Source: an uncultured Thermococci archaeon (GTDB lineage: Archaea > Methanobacteriota_B > Thermococci > Methanofastidiosales > B48-G16). From it: a stretch of 64,000 nucleotides of DNA. The position numbers were made by a program, and so were the translations under genes. The number at the start of each line of letters is the position of its first letter. Positions within the stretch are counted from its first letter, which is position 1. The stretch spans positions 97,115-161,114 of the forward strand of contig CAZQQT010000006.1 of NCBI GenBank assembly GCA_964595645.1. The letters run 5' to 3'. Shown here piece by piece: positions 31,195 through 40,118 of this stretch. A model generated the notes under the pieces. The model searched no databases. It was given only the letters and a program-made list of their open reading frames with translations, and had not been told where the DNA came from.

Positions 31195-31642
31195 CGTGTA
31201 CATTGGTATTGGATCAAACGTTGGGGATCGAAAGAAAAATATCCGAAGAGCACTTGAGCTGTTAGAAGAGGAGAGCACGATCATAAAAAAATCCCCGATA
31301 CACGAAACAGAACCTGAAGGATTTGCATACCAGAATCTGTTCCTGAACTGTGTAGTACATGTAGAGACCAATCATGATCCTATGACCCTACTGGAATTTC
31401 TGCAGGACGTTGAAAAGAGGTTAAAAAGAGTTGAAACGATGAAGAATGGGCCGAGAACAATTGATCTAGATATTCTCTTCTATGGGGAGAATATAATCGA
31501 TACTGATGAACTCACCGTCCCACATCCGCAGCTACATACACGAACATTCGTACTGATACCTCTCAACGAAATAGCACCTGACCTTGTTCATCCCGTACTA
31601 AAAAAAACCGTGAGAGAAATACTAGAAGACCTAAAGGAGTAA
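31187..31642 (+). CDS. folK: 6-hydroxymethyl-7,8-dihydropterin pyrophosphokinase
   Basis: YIGIGSNVGDR, ETEP, FLN, GPRTIDLDIL, LTVPHP....R.FVL.PL. Confidence 0.96.
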   Translation: MTDVYIGIGSNVGDRKKNIRRALELLEEESTIIKKSPIHETEPEGFAYQNLFLNCVVHVETNHDPMTLLEFLQDVEKRLKRVETMKNGPRTIDLDILFYGENIIDTDELTVPHPQLHTRTFVLIPLNEIAPDLVHPVLKKTVREILEDLKE

Positions 31643-31775
31643 GATGCCTCTTACCCTTTAGATTACTAAAAGCAATACTCCCCCCTTCATAAAAGTATAA
31701 GGTATAATAAAGTAGAAAGATATAAAAAGAAAAGAAGGAAAGAGTATATTAAAAATATAGTAATAAAAAGGGGAT

Positions 31776-32036
31776 ATGATGAGCATGGAAGAAGAAATAA
31801 TCGATCTGTTTTTCAATAAGAAAACGCTGGAAATATTTCTCAATATAGATGAGGGCTACGCCGCGAAGATCCGTAACAAAGTAGGGTGTATGTATAGTTA
31901 TACTACGATGAGATTGGATCAATTTGAAAAAGCAGGTCTTGCGACCTCCCATCGAGAAGGGAGAACAAACAGATACGAACTGACAAAGAAAGGAAAGGAA
32001 CTTAAAGAGAAACTTGAAAACCTCGTTAACAAATAA
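31776..32036 (+). CDS. Small winged-helix DNA-binding protein
   Basis: YAAKI...GC.YSY...L..FEKAGL....EGR...YELTKKG. Confidence 0.82.
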   Translation: MMSMEEEIIDLFFNKKTLEIFLNIDEGYAAKIRNKVGCMYSYTTMRLDQFEKAGLATSHREGRTNRYELTKKGKELKEKLENLVNK

Positions 32037-32062
32037 TAGAGTTGTGACATCCCAAGGTACGG

Positions 32063-32824
32063 TTGATAGATATGAAGAATACGTTAAAAAAACGACTAGA
32101 AAATAGAGAAAAGACGGTAGGTGCGTGGATGACTATCCCTCACACAGATATTTCAGAATCGCTCTCCACACTTCCTTTTGACTGGTTCGTGTTCGATCAG
32201 GAGCACTCTGCGCTGGACGATCAGCTCACTCAGCAGCTCATGCAAGGGATGAGGGGTACCAAGATAACGCCTCTTGTGAGAGTCGCGTGGAATGATATGG
32301 TGCTGATTAAAAAGGCACTGGATACGGGGGCCTATGGTGTGATAGTTCCATGGGTCAACGATAGAGAAGATGCTATCGCCGCCGTTGAGGCCTGTAAGTA
32401 CCCTCCTGAAGGAGTGCGGGGATGCGGCCCCCGAAGAACGATTCTTCTTGATCCGGAATATCTAGAAACGGTGAATGATGAGCTCCTTATCATCGTACAG
32501 ATAGAGACGAGAGAAGCAGTGGACAACGTTGAGGAAATACTCGCTGTCGATGGCGTGGACGGCTTTTTCCTCGGTCCCGTGGATCTCTCCACCTCACTGG
32601 GTCATCTGGCACAGGTGGATCACCCCGAGGTGAAAGAAGCGATAGATCACGTCTTTTCTGTTGGGAAGGATCTCGGTGTGATCTCCGGCATATGGAAGGG
32701 TGCTGGAATGACAATCAGAGAACGACTAGAAGAGGGATGGCAGATGGTTTCTCTCGGTATGGATATCGAGTTTTTGGTGAATGGTGCTCAAAATGTCCTG
32801 AAAGACGCAGGAAAAGATCTATAG
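32063..32824 (+). CDS. HpcH/HpaI (GarL-like) aldolase
   Basis: FDWFVFDQEH, LVRV, ALDTGAYG..VP, KYPPEGVRG, QIET, GPVDL. Confidence 0.92.
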   Translation: MIDMKNTLKKRLENREKTVGAWMTIPHTDISESLSTLPFDWFVFDQEHSALDDQLTQQLMQGMRGTKITPLVRVAWNDMVLIKKALDTGAYGVIVPWVNDREDAIAAVEACKYPPEGVRGCGPRRTILLDPEYLETVNDELLIIVQIETREAVDNVEEILAVDGVDGFFLGPVDLSTSLGHLAQVDHPEVKEAIDHVFSVGKDLGVISGIWKGAGMTIRERLEEGWQMVSLGMDIEFLVNGAQNVLKDAGKDL

Positions 32825-33322
32825 TTCTCTCAGATCCATCATGGAGGATCCCAATATCTCTCGTACGATGCAGAGTAATAGTACTGATCCGATGATCACA
32901 CCAACAGTGAGATAGTTCCACTCATTCAGTACGAGACCCAATGCTATCCCTGCGGCAGGAGCGTGTTCTGTATTGGTAATAGACATAAGAAAGATTGCGA
33001 TTCCTACGGATATTCCTCCAAAGACAATAAGCAGTATTTCCTCGCTCATGATCTGCAGTATTTCGGTAGTGGAGAGGTAGTGAAAGAAGATTCCCACAGC
33101 AATGCCAACAGTATATCCTCCCAAAAGAACTCTTGTCTGCGAAAAATACGACTGTGGCATAGTGAAGACAATAAAAGTGGTTGCACCCAGCGTGGCAATA
33201 ATAGCTGTATGTGTGAGCACGTTGAGCGAAAGAAGTACTGCCACAATTATTACCGTTGCCAATGCGCACTGAAGCATGTATTTGCCCACGTGTCTTCTGA
33301 ACTTCCTATCGAGGATCCTCAT
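32819..33322 (-). CDS. HPP-family membrane protein
   Basis: LGATTFIVF, HAPAAG motif; likely start ATG 33322, since the track's upstream extension overlaps the divergent gene. Confidence 0.85.
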   Translation of the reverse strand: MRILDRKFRRHVGKYMLQCALATVIIVAVLLSLNVLTHTAIIATLGATTFIVFTMPQSYFSQTRVLLGGYTVGIAVGIFFHYLSTTEILQIMSEEILLIVFGGISVGIAIFLMSITNTEHAPAAGIALGLVLNEWNYLTVGVIIGSVLLLCIVREILGSSMMDLREL

Positions 33323-33404
33323 AACTTCCACATGATCCCTTTCATATAAAGAACTTTTGTCCTGCAGTCGGAGCTTTTTTATTTGAAATAGCACTACCGT
33401 GTGT

Positions 33405-34271
33405 ATGCATCTACGGATACTTGGTTCTGGGGGATGTACAGCAACGCCTCGTCCAGGGTGTGAGTGCCCTGTATGCACTGAGGCCCGGGAAAAAGGAGTT
33501 CCTTACTCACGAACAGGTCCCTCACTCTTTGTGGAGAATATTAATGCACTTGTTGATACGCCCGAGGAGATCGTTCAACAACTGAATAGGGAGAATATTC
33601 ATCAGGTGGAGTACATACTCTATACACACTGGCACCCCGATCACACCATGGGAATGCGGGTGGTGGAACAGCTCAACATGGAGTATCTCAGGTGGTTTAT
33701 CGAGGGACAACTCTCATCGCAAAAAACAACGGTGTGTGCAGTGTCAGAGGTGATGGAGGATTTGAAAAAGATAAGAAATCCGTCCGGATCGTACTGTGAG
33801 TTCTATGAAAACCACGGACTGATATCCCTCAAGGAGTTAAAGGAAACAGTTCCCTTCAACGTTGGAAAAATTGAGATAACACCCTTTCTCATAGAGAATC
33901 CTTACCACCTCTCTACATCCTTTGTAATTCAGAAGGAAACCAAAAAAATAGCCTACGCTCCCTGCGATTGTAAACCGTTTATCGAACATGAACTACTCAA
34001 AGATCTCGATGTGCTCATCATCGGCAATGTATTACCCGAAGGAAAACTGAAAAATGACTATATTCTCCCTGAGAACAATCAACTACGAAGGGAAGCATTT
34101 ACAATAGAAGAACTTCTGGAGATAATTGAGCGATGGAGAGTAAAAAGAACAATAGTAACGCATATCGAGGAGGAGTATGGAAAATCGTTTGACGAGTACA
34201 AAGAAATAGAGGAAGAGTACAGAAAGTACAACATCTATTTTGCGTATGACGGAATGCGAATTGAGATATAA
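33405..34271 (+). CDS. PhnP-like MBL-fold metallo-hydrolase
   Basis: ILGSGG, P.PGCECPVC, THWHPDH, THI. Confidence 0.9.
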   Translation: MHLRILGSGGCTATPRPGCECPVCTEAREKGVPYSRTGPSLFVENINALVDTPEEIVQQLNRENIHQVEYILYTHWHPDHTMGMRVVEQLNMEYLRWFIEGQLSSQKTTVCAVSEVMEDLKKIRNPSGSYCEFYENHGLISLKELKETVPFNVGKIEITPFLIENPYHLSTSFVIQKETKKIAYAPCDCKPFIEHELLKDLDVLIIGNVLPEGKLKNDYILPENNQLRREAFTIEELLEIIERWRVKRTIVTHIEEEYGKSFDEYKEIEEEYRKYNIYFAYDGMRIEI

Positions 34272-34323
34272 CAAAAGGAAGAGGGAAAGTGGAACTATTC
34301 AGGAGCTACGGTGTCATCATCCC

Positions 34324-35166
34324 CTATGTCCCTCTGCTCATGTACTCACGAATCTCTTGGGTGTAGAGCTTGAGTTTCTCGTACTGCATCTCAGATATTG
34401 GTTTTGGATGGGTAATATCGTTCCGTATCTCATTCAGCTCGATCAATCTTCCTTTTATCCACCCGATGTTAATAAAGTATTTCTCGAATATGTTTTTCCA
34501 GTTGTCTTCACCGTTTTGGTAGAGTATTATTGAAAGGTAGTGAGAAAAATCAGTGTAGTAGAGAAGAGGCTGGATTTTTTTCTTTCTCATCATTGCTTCT
34601 TCTCTCCTCTCTTCGCAGAGATTTCTGATATATGGGGGGACTCCACGTTCCCACCAGTTATCTCCATAATACTCCTTCAACGTCCGTATTAAGAAGTTTC
34701 TAAGTTTTCTTTCAAATCTTGAGAGGATTTTATACGCTTGCAGATTTCTATTCTCTTCCTTTTCTATTTTTTCCTCTTTTGTCAGTGCAAGTTCGTCAAA
34801 GATTCTGTTCACGACTTTTAACACTTCCTTTTTTCGCAACGGTTTGTTGATGATGTAGTCCTCTCCCCCCTTCCGCATCGTCTCCACAGCCACCCTTTCA
34901 GAGCCGTAGGCTGTGATCATCACCACAGGAATATCCTCGTTCCTCTCCTTTATTCTCTCCAGCACCTTCATACCATCGAGTTTGGGAAGCATGTAGTCCA
35001 AAAGCACGAGATCGGGCTGCTCCTCAAATGTTTTGCTGAGTGCTTCCTCACCGTCTGTGGCTACTGTGATCTCACAGTCTATATCCTTAAGAATCGTTTT
35101 TAAGAGTTTCACGTTATCAGGTGTATCATCCACTATCAGAATCTTGTATTTCTCCATCATCATCAC
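34324..35166 (-). CDS. Response regulator with receiver domain fused to a Swt1-like HEPN domain
   Basis: REC: ILIVDD, PDLVLLD, DG, MITA, NKP. HEPN: FERKLRNF...NWW...LLYYTDF...NWKNIF...RNDITH. Probable start ATG 35157 after AGGTGA. Confidence 0.85.
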   Translation of the reverse strand: MMMMEKYKILIVDDTPDNVKLLKTILKDIDCEITVATDGEEALSKTFEEQPDLVLLDYMLPKLDGMKVLERIKERNEDIPVVMITAYGSERVAVETMRKGGEDYIINKPLRKKEVLKVVNRIFDELALTKEEKIEKEENRNLQAYKILSRFERKLRNFLIRTLKEYYGDNWWERGVPPYIRNLCEERREEAMMRKKKIQPLLYYTDFSHYLSIILYQNGEDNWKNIFEKYFINIGWIKGRLIELNEIRNDITHPKPISEMQYEKLKLYTQEIREYMSRGT

Positions 35167-37003
35167 CTATCGGAATTTCAAATATAAAGGTTGATCCTTC
35201 TCCATATGTACTTTTTACCCAGATTTTTCCCTTATGTGCTTCTATAAACCGTTTTGTAATGGCAAGTCCGAGTCCTGTGCCCTGGTGCTCCTTTGTTTCC
35301 AGCGATCCAACCTGTTTGAACTCATCGAAGATAAGATCGTAGTCATCTTCTTTTATACCGATTCCCGTGTCCTCTACTTCTACGCGAAGGTTGCCATCAT
35401 TCTCCATAGATCGAATGTAAATTTTTCCGTTTTCCTTATTGAACTTTATACCATTGCTCAGAAGGTTGAGCATGGCCTGTGTCATCTTCTGGACATCAAC
35501 GTGTATGACAGGATCATCTCGCAACTCTTTTGTGATATTCACGTCCTTCTGCTTTGCCAGCGGCTCCACAATCTTCAAACTTTTTTCAAGGGTCTCGGAG
35601 AATTGTGTATCTGTAAAGTACATCTCTGATTTTCCAGCATCTATTCTTGCTACTGACAGCAGATCTTCTATCATATACAGTAAATTATCACTATTTCTTA
35701 AAATTGTTTTTAAATAATCTTTTTGTTCTTCATTAAGATTTTCATCGTCCAACATTACCTCTGTAAATCCTATTATCGAGTTGAGCGGTGTTTTTAGCTC
35801 ATGAGAAATGTTCGCTAAAAATTTGGATTTAGTCCTATTCGCCTCGACAAGCTCCTCGTACGACGCCTTTAATTTTTCATTTGCCAGTTTTAACTCGGCA
35901 GTTCGTTCTTCGACCTTTTTTTCAAGAGCCGAGTACGATTCTTTCAGTTTTTCGGACATAGTATTGAACGATTTGGCCATTGTTTTCAGTTCCTCACTCC
36001 CCGTTTCTGGAATACTTGTGTCAAGCTCTCCATCTGCAATCTTTTCTGTGGCGTTCGTTAAATGGATCAGCGGATCCGTAATTATTTTTGATAGGAAGTA
36101 ACTTAGAGAGGCAGCAGTGACAGCAACTACCGAGAGCACAATGTAAAACCCTATTTTAAACCGTCGGACAGACTCTAAAATCACGTTCCTAGGGCTTGAC
36201 ATTATCAGGAACCATCGTTGATTCTCAATGGAGATGGGAGTGTAGGAAATGATCTCATCTCCTGCACTACATGTGCCCTGTCCTCCTGAGAGCATTGTGC
36301 CCACATTAGTACTATAATCTCTATGAAGACATTCTGCTGTGTCGAAGGCGTTGCTCCATCGTTTCGATTGATCTGGATGATAGATGTAATTTCCAGATTC
36401 ATCGGTAAAGAGCACCTTTGAGCTGGCACTCTCAAACTCAGAGATAAACTGCGTGAAATATGCCACAAGATACACATCTCCTTCCTTTTCTTCCTCTACA
36501 TAGACGGGTGCTGCGAAAAGAATAAGCGGTTTTCGGGGGATCTCGAACACACCATTGTTCTGTTTTAAAAATATCTCTGAGACATACACCTCGTCTTTTT
36601 CTAGTTCTGGAATCTCAACATCCACTATGCTTCCTTCCTGTGGTATTTTTTTATCTTTTACATAAATTATCAAGTTTTCCTCACTGTATCCTACTTGGTA
36701 GTATCCTCTATCCAATGAAAGAGAGAGAAGCGAGAACTCCAGATCCCATCGATCCCGAGGGTGATTCGTTTTCGCATAGGTGAGAATTTCAGGGGATTCA
36801 CTTAAAAAAACAACATCATTTTTACATGTAGTGAGGTAATTCTCTATTTTTTCTGCCTCGAGATTTGTGTCATCCTCAAGTCCTTCCAGTGTCTTTTCCG
36901 TGAGCGTATTTGTTGAAGTGAAAATGCTGTACTCGCCAATGATGCCTATCGGCACCAAAGCTACCAGTAAAAACGCTATCAGGAGTTTATACTTAAAGTG
37001 CAT
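35126..37003 (-). CDS. Membrane sensor histidine kinase (TM-Cache-TM-HAMP-HisKA-HATPase)
   Basis: Two TM helices, HAMP (PL..L...T.KIA.GEL...E..TMA.SFN.M), H-box SHELKTPL, N-box NLLSNGIKF, G1 DTGIGI, G2 GTGLGL. Confidence 0.95.
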   Translation of the reverse strand: MHFKYKLLIAFLLVALVPIGIIGEYSIFTSTNTLTEKTLEGLEDDTNLEAEKIENYLTTCKNDVVFLSESPEILTYAKTNHPRDRWDLEFSLLSLSLDRGYYQVGYSEENLIIYVKDKKIPQEGSIVDVEIPELEKDEVYVSEIFLKQNNGVFEIPRKPLILFAAPVYVEEEKEGDVYLVAYFTQFISEFESASSKVLFTDESGNYIYHPDQSKRWSNAFDTAECLHRDYSTNVGTMLSGGQGTCSAGDEIISYTPISIENQRWFLIMSSPRNVILESVRRFKIGFYIVLSVVAVTAASLSYFLSKIITDPLIHLTNATEKIADGELDTSIPETGSEELKTMAKSFNTMSEKLKESYSALEKKVEERTAELKLANEKLKASYEELVEANRTKSKFLANISHELKTPLNSIIGFTEVMLDDENLNEEQKDYLKTILRNSDNLLYMIEDLLSVARIDAGKSEMYFTDTQFSETLEKSLKIVEPLAKQKDVNITKELRDDPVIHVDVQKMTQAMLNLLSNGIKFNKENGKIYIRSMENDGNLRVEVEDTGIGIKEDDYDLIFDEFKQVGSLETKEHQGTGLGLAITKRFIEAHKGKIWVKSTYGEGSTFIFEIPIGDDDGEIQDSDSG

Positions 37004-37199
37004 ATTACTCTCTTGAAGGAGTATGACGCTCCCCTTTTATATCTTTTTGCCTTCATTCGGTTCTATTAAAGACAGAATAATCGCGTGTTGTAGGACTCTA
37101 ATTACTCTTCAGAAAAGTATACCTCTCAAAAACTTGAAAATAGATATAAAATTAAAACATTGGATAAAAAAATAATAGAAATAACAATTAAATTTCTCT

Positions 37200-37256
37200 T
37201 CAATCTTTACATTCTTTCTTCTTCTTTCCTTTTGCCTTCTTCTTCTCTTTTTCCAT
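37200..37256 (-). CDS. Putative 18-aa Lys-rich micro-peptide
   Basis: GAGGTG-N6-ATG; MEKEKKKAKGKKKKECKD*. Confidence 0.4.
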   Translation of the reverse strand: MEKEKKKAKGKKKKECKD

Positions 37257-37294
37257 TTTTCACACCTCTTTTTCTTTTTCTCTAGAGTCAAGGA

Positions 37295-37504
37295 TTACCC
37301 TTGTACTCGCTCGTAATCCATCTCATCTTTCCAATCCTCTTCTTCCCACGATTCTTCTTCCTCTTCCACTTCCCAAAGCTCCCATTCCTCTTCTTCCTTA
37401 TGGAGCTCGAGGTCGCTTCCACATTCAGGACATGTAACTACCTTTCCCTCTCTGGTCTTCTTTATTTCGATATCTTCATAACATATTGGACATTCTATCT
37501 TCAT
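37295..37504 (-). CDS. LysW-like Zn-ribbon acidic protein with a non-canonical C-terminus
   Basis: ECPIC...G.VVTCPECGSDLEL...EEEDW, but ends KDEMDYERVQG rather than EDWGE. Confidence 0.7.
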   Translation of the reverse strand: MKIECPICYEDIEIKKTREGKVVTCPECGSDLELHKEEEEWELWEVEEEEESWEEEDWKDEMDYERVQG

Positions 37505-37815
37505 ATATATCGCCAATGTTAAACCTATTTTTAAATATAAATCTTTTTTTATAAAAGAAAAAAATAATTTGTAGAATCTTCATTAAAATTAAAGTAATTG
37601 TTAAGTTTAAAATCCCTGAAAAGAGAAAAATATTCTTTTTTTATTTTAAAAAATATTTATTATTCTCTTTAGATAAAATAATCCTTTCATACCAATTTTC
37701 TATTCTGTCATATGCATATACTTAAGGTCTTGAAGAGGGACTTTTGTAGTGTCAGAGGAGGATGGTATAAAGAAAAAGAGAAAGACCTACAATTTTTATG
37801 GAAAGAAGTTAAGAA

Positions 37816-37890
37816 TGGGACCGCCGAGATTTGAACTCGAGTCACGGACTCCCGAAGCCCGAAGGATGGGCCAAGCTACCCTACGGTCCC
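37816..37890 (-). tRNA. tRNA-Pro (anticodon CGG), no intron, CCA not encoded
   Basis: GGGACCG acceptor stem, anticodon arm CGGGC-TTCGGGA-GTCCG, T-loop GTTCAAATC. Confidence 0.95.
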
Positions 37891-38120
37891 ATATCGACAT
37901 TGCCCTTTTTCATCTCTCTACCCGCCATGAAAAAGAAGAGGATAAACAATCCAAAGCCAAGGGCGAGAAATATCGTTGTCCACTGCTCGTTACCGGTGGA
38001 TCGGCAGTATGATGCGAGCGATACGTACACAATGAGAAAAACGAGTGACATACCGGCGTATATCTTTGCGGTAATCTGCCGGGAGAGCTTGTAAACAAAC
38101 GTCATGTCTTTCTCTTCCAT
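37881..38120 (-). CDS. Small 2-TM hypothetical protein; stop codon lies inside tRNA-Pro
   Basis: 79-aa ORF with two hydrophobic helices. Confidence 0.65.
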   Translation of the reverse strand: MEEKDMTFVYKLSRQITAKIYAGMSLVFLIVYVSLASYCRSTGNEQWTTIFLALGFGLFILFFFMAGREMKKGNVDMGP

Positions 38121-38211
38121 GTGCTACTCTTCTGTGGAAGCTTAAAAAATGTTTTGGTAAAAAAAATGTGCACATCTCCTGCACATAAAATAGAAAGTTT
38201 TATAGAGGGAA

Positions 38212-38250
38212 TATTAGAAATAGATAACATATTGTTAGAAAAATGTAACA
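38212..38250. promoter_or_regulatory. Tandem palindromic operator T[G/A]TTA-N8-TAACA, two copies
   Basis: TATTAGAAATAGATAACA (38212-38229) and TGTTAGAAAAATGTAACA (38233-38250), 21-bp period, just after a TATA element (TTTTATA). Confidence 0.6.
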
Positions 38251-38285
38251 AAAAACGTAAGAACTCATTGTTCAAATTACAATGG

Positions 38286-38729
38286 ATGTTGGGAATTTTA
38301 ATCGCGCTGGCAGGCGCAACCATAATGTTTCATGAAATGAAAATATTTTTATTAACAGTGATTGGATTTGGTGAAGAAGTAGTGGGATGGAACATCCACG
38401 GTCTGTTGGCATCCATTACTTTAGGCATAATTATTTTCATGTTCTCTGTTTTTCTCTGGAGTATCTGGAGAAAAAGACTGGAGAAACAGAGAGGACTCTC
38501 TGTTAAAGACGAGAGAACAATGTATATAAAAGGTCGAGCAGCATACTATGCCCTTCACGTGGGTACGTGGTTCATGTTGGGTCTTCTCTGGTATAGTTTT
38601 CTCGGCACGAAAATGTTTGGTTTGCCCACACTAGAAACTGCTCCAGCACTGATAATGTCGTCTCTCATATGTTCTGGATTGTTTCTAGGACTGCGCTGGT
38701 ATTTTGATAGACGAGGTGATGTGACATGA
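38286..38729 (+). CDS. DUF2178-like membrane protein (start uncertain)
   Basis: VKDERT..IKGRAAYYA motif, about 4 TM helices. Confidence 0.78.
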   Translation: MLGILIALAGATIMFHEMKIFLLTVIGFGEEVVGWNIHGLLASITLGIIIFMFSVFLWSIWRKRLEKQRGLSVKDERTMYIKGRAAYYALHVGTWFMLGLLWYSFLGTKMFGLPTLETAPALIMSSLICSGLFLGLRWYFDRRGDVT

Positions 38730-39049
38730 AAAACGCACTATGGTATCTGGGATTCCTCTCCGTCTTCAGCCTCCTATTCTTTGTTGATTGGAAACCTGCA
38801 TTCCTTGGATTTCTTGGGTTTCTTCCCTATTTTTCTCTGTACAATATAAAAGATGAGCGGTTGGAGGTAAATGTGGGGAGGGCAACACGAAATACCTTTA
38901 TGTTCACAATGTTCTTCGGCACAGGAAGTATTGTATATGTTTATCTTGTAGAGAGACCCGAGTTGCTCACTTCTATCTTTCCCGTACTCTTCGGAGGGAG
39001 CCTTCTTGTGTGCATTCTCTCTATTCTATATTACGAAATGGGGAAATAA
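38726..39049 (+). CDS. DUF3796-like membrane protein
   Basis: YLGFL...FLGFLGF...DERL..NV.RA.RN.F. Confidence 0.7.
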   Translation: MKNALWYLGFLSVFSLLFFVDWKPAFLGFLGFLPYFSLYNIKDERLEVNVGRATRNTFMFTMFFGTGSIVYVYLVERPELLTSIFPVLFGGSLLVCILSILYYEMGK

Positions 39050-39050
39050 G

Positions 39051-39245
39051 ATGAAAACGAGAATCAAAGAGTTCAGGGCACGGTACGACATGACGCAGGA
39101 GGATCTGGCAAAAAAGGTAGGAGTCCGACGGGAGACAATCGTCTTTCTTGAGAAAGGGAAGTACAATCCATCGCTAAAATTGGCGCACGATATCGCAGAA
39201 GCACTAGATACCACCATAGAAGAACTTTTCATTTTCGAAAAATAG
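39051..39245 (+). CDS. XRE-family HTH regulator (COG1476-like)
   Basis: [32 protein letters not shown].....IEELF. Confidence 0.95.
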   Translation: MKTRIKEFRARYDMTQEDLAKKVGVRRETIVFLEKGKYNPSLKLAHDIAEALDTTIEELFIFEK

Positions 39246-39371
39246 AAATGTACATATTTAAAGATAAATACATTCATTATAGTAATTTCGGAGTTTTTCA
39301 TAAGAGAGAACAAAAGATTTATATACGAAGAAACTCATATTAGTATATTAGAAAAAAACAAGGTGAGATAA

Positions 39372-39695
39372 ATGAAGAAAACCACTCTCGAGAAATGTAT
39401 CGGGTACATTGCTGTTCTCTTTGCGATACTCTACTATACAATACTGGTGTTCACTATCGGCGGTGATCTTTTCCCACAAACACGTCCAATAGAGCAGTTT
39501 ATTATTGTTTCCGGATTCTTTCTACTTGCCAGTTTGCATTTGATAATCGGCATGTATTTTTTGATGCTTGTATACCATTCAGAGAGAATCCAGAAGGTCA
39601 TTGCTATTCTGAAGGAGGATGTGTTGGGTCCCGAAACAGAACGGACCGAACATGAAGAAGAGGTTATTAGGAGACTGAGGGATCTAATAGAGTAA
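39372..39695 (+). CDS. 2-TM hypothetical protein
   Basis: 107-aa ORF; AGGTGA RBS. Confidence 0.7.
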   Translation: MKKTTLEKCIGYIAVLFAILYYTILVFTIGGDLFPQTRPIEQFIIVSGFFLLASLHLIIGMYFLMLVYHSERIQKVIAILKEDVLGPETERTEHEEEVIRRLRDLIE

Positions 39696-39794
39696 AGCGA
39701 TACTTATAATTCAGTTCTGAAAAGATACTATGGGATAATGATATTTTTAGGTTGACCAAAACCTTTATAAAGGAGTTATGAATATATATTCATA

Positions 39795-40118
39795 ATGGCA
39801 AGACCACGGAAACGCAGAAGAATAGGACGAAAGCCAGATACGACATACTTCAAGCCGAGAGGTATCCCCATGCGGGGCCTTGAAGAAGTGAATCTCACGT
39901 ACGAAGAGACAGAAGCGATACGACTGAAGGATCTTCATGAGATGTCTCAGAAGGAGGCAGCTGAAAAAATGAATATATCCCAGCCAACATTCCATAGGAT
40001 TCTCGTATCGGGAAGAAAAAAGATAGCCGAAGCGCTGTGCAACGGTAAAGCCATACAGATCCGAGGGGGAAATTTTGTGGTTGGGAAACGTCGACGCCGT
40101 GGAGGTAGAGGTATATGA
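39795..40118 (+). CDS. DUF134 (UPF0251) HTH protein
   Basis: MARPRK.R, FKP.G, EAIRLKD...SQ.EAA..M.ISQPTF.RIL.SGRKKIA.AL. Confidence 0.93.
   Translation: MARPRKRRRIGRKPDTTYFKPRGIPMRGLEEVNLTYEETEAIRLKDLHEMSQKEAAEKMNISQPTFHRILVSGRKKIAEALCNGKAIQIRGGNFVVGKRRRRGGRGI

Noticed and set aside
37109-37291. 60-aa basic ORF (KWKKRRRRQK) superficially like ribosomal protein L41e
   Set aside because: TTG start without an RBS; the RBS present points to the 18-aa ORF in another frame; the resemblance comes from purine-rich low complexity
37520-37890. AT-rich tract beside tRNA-Pro as an integration site or replication origin
   Set aside because: No integrase, no duplicated tRNA end seen, no ORB-like repeats or cdc6 in the window
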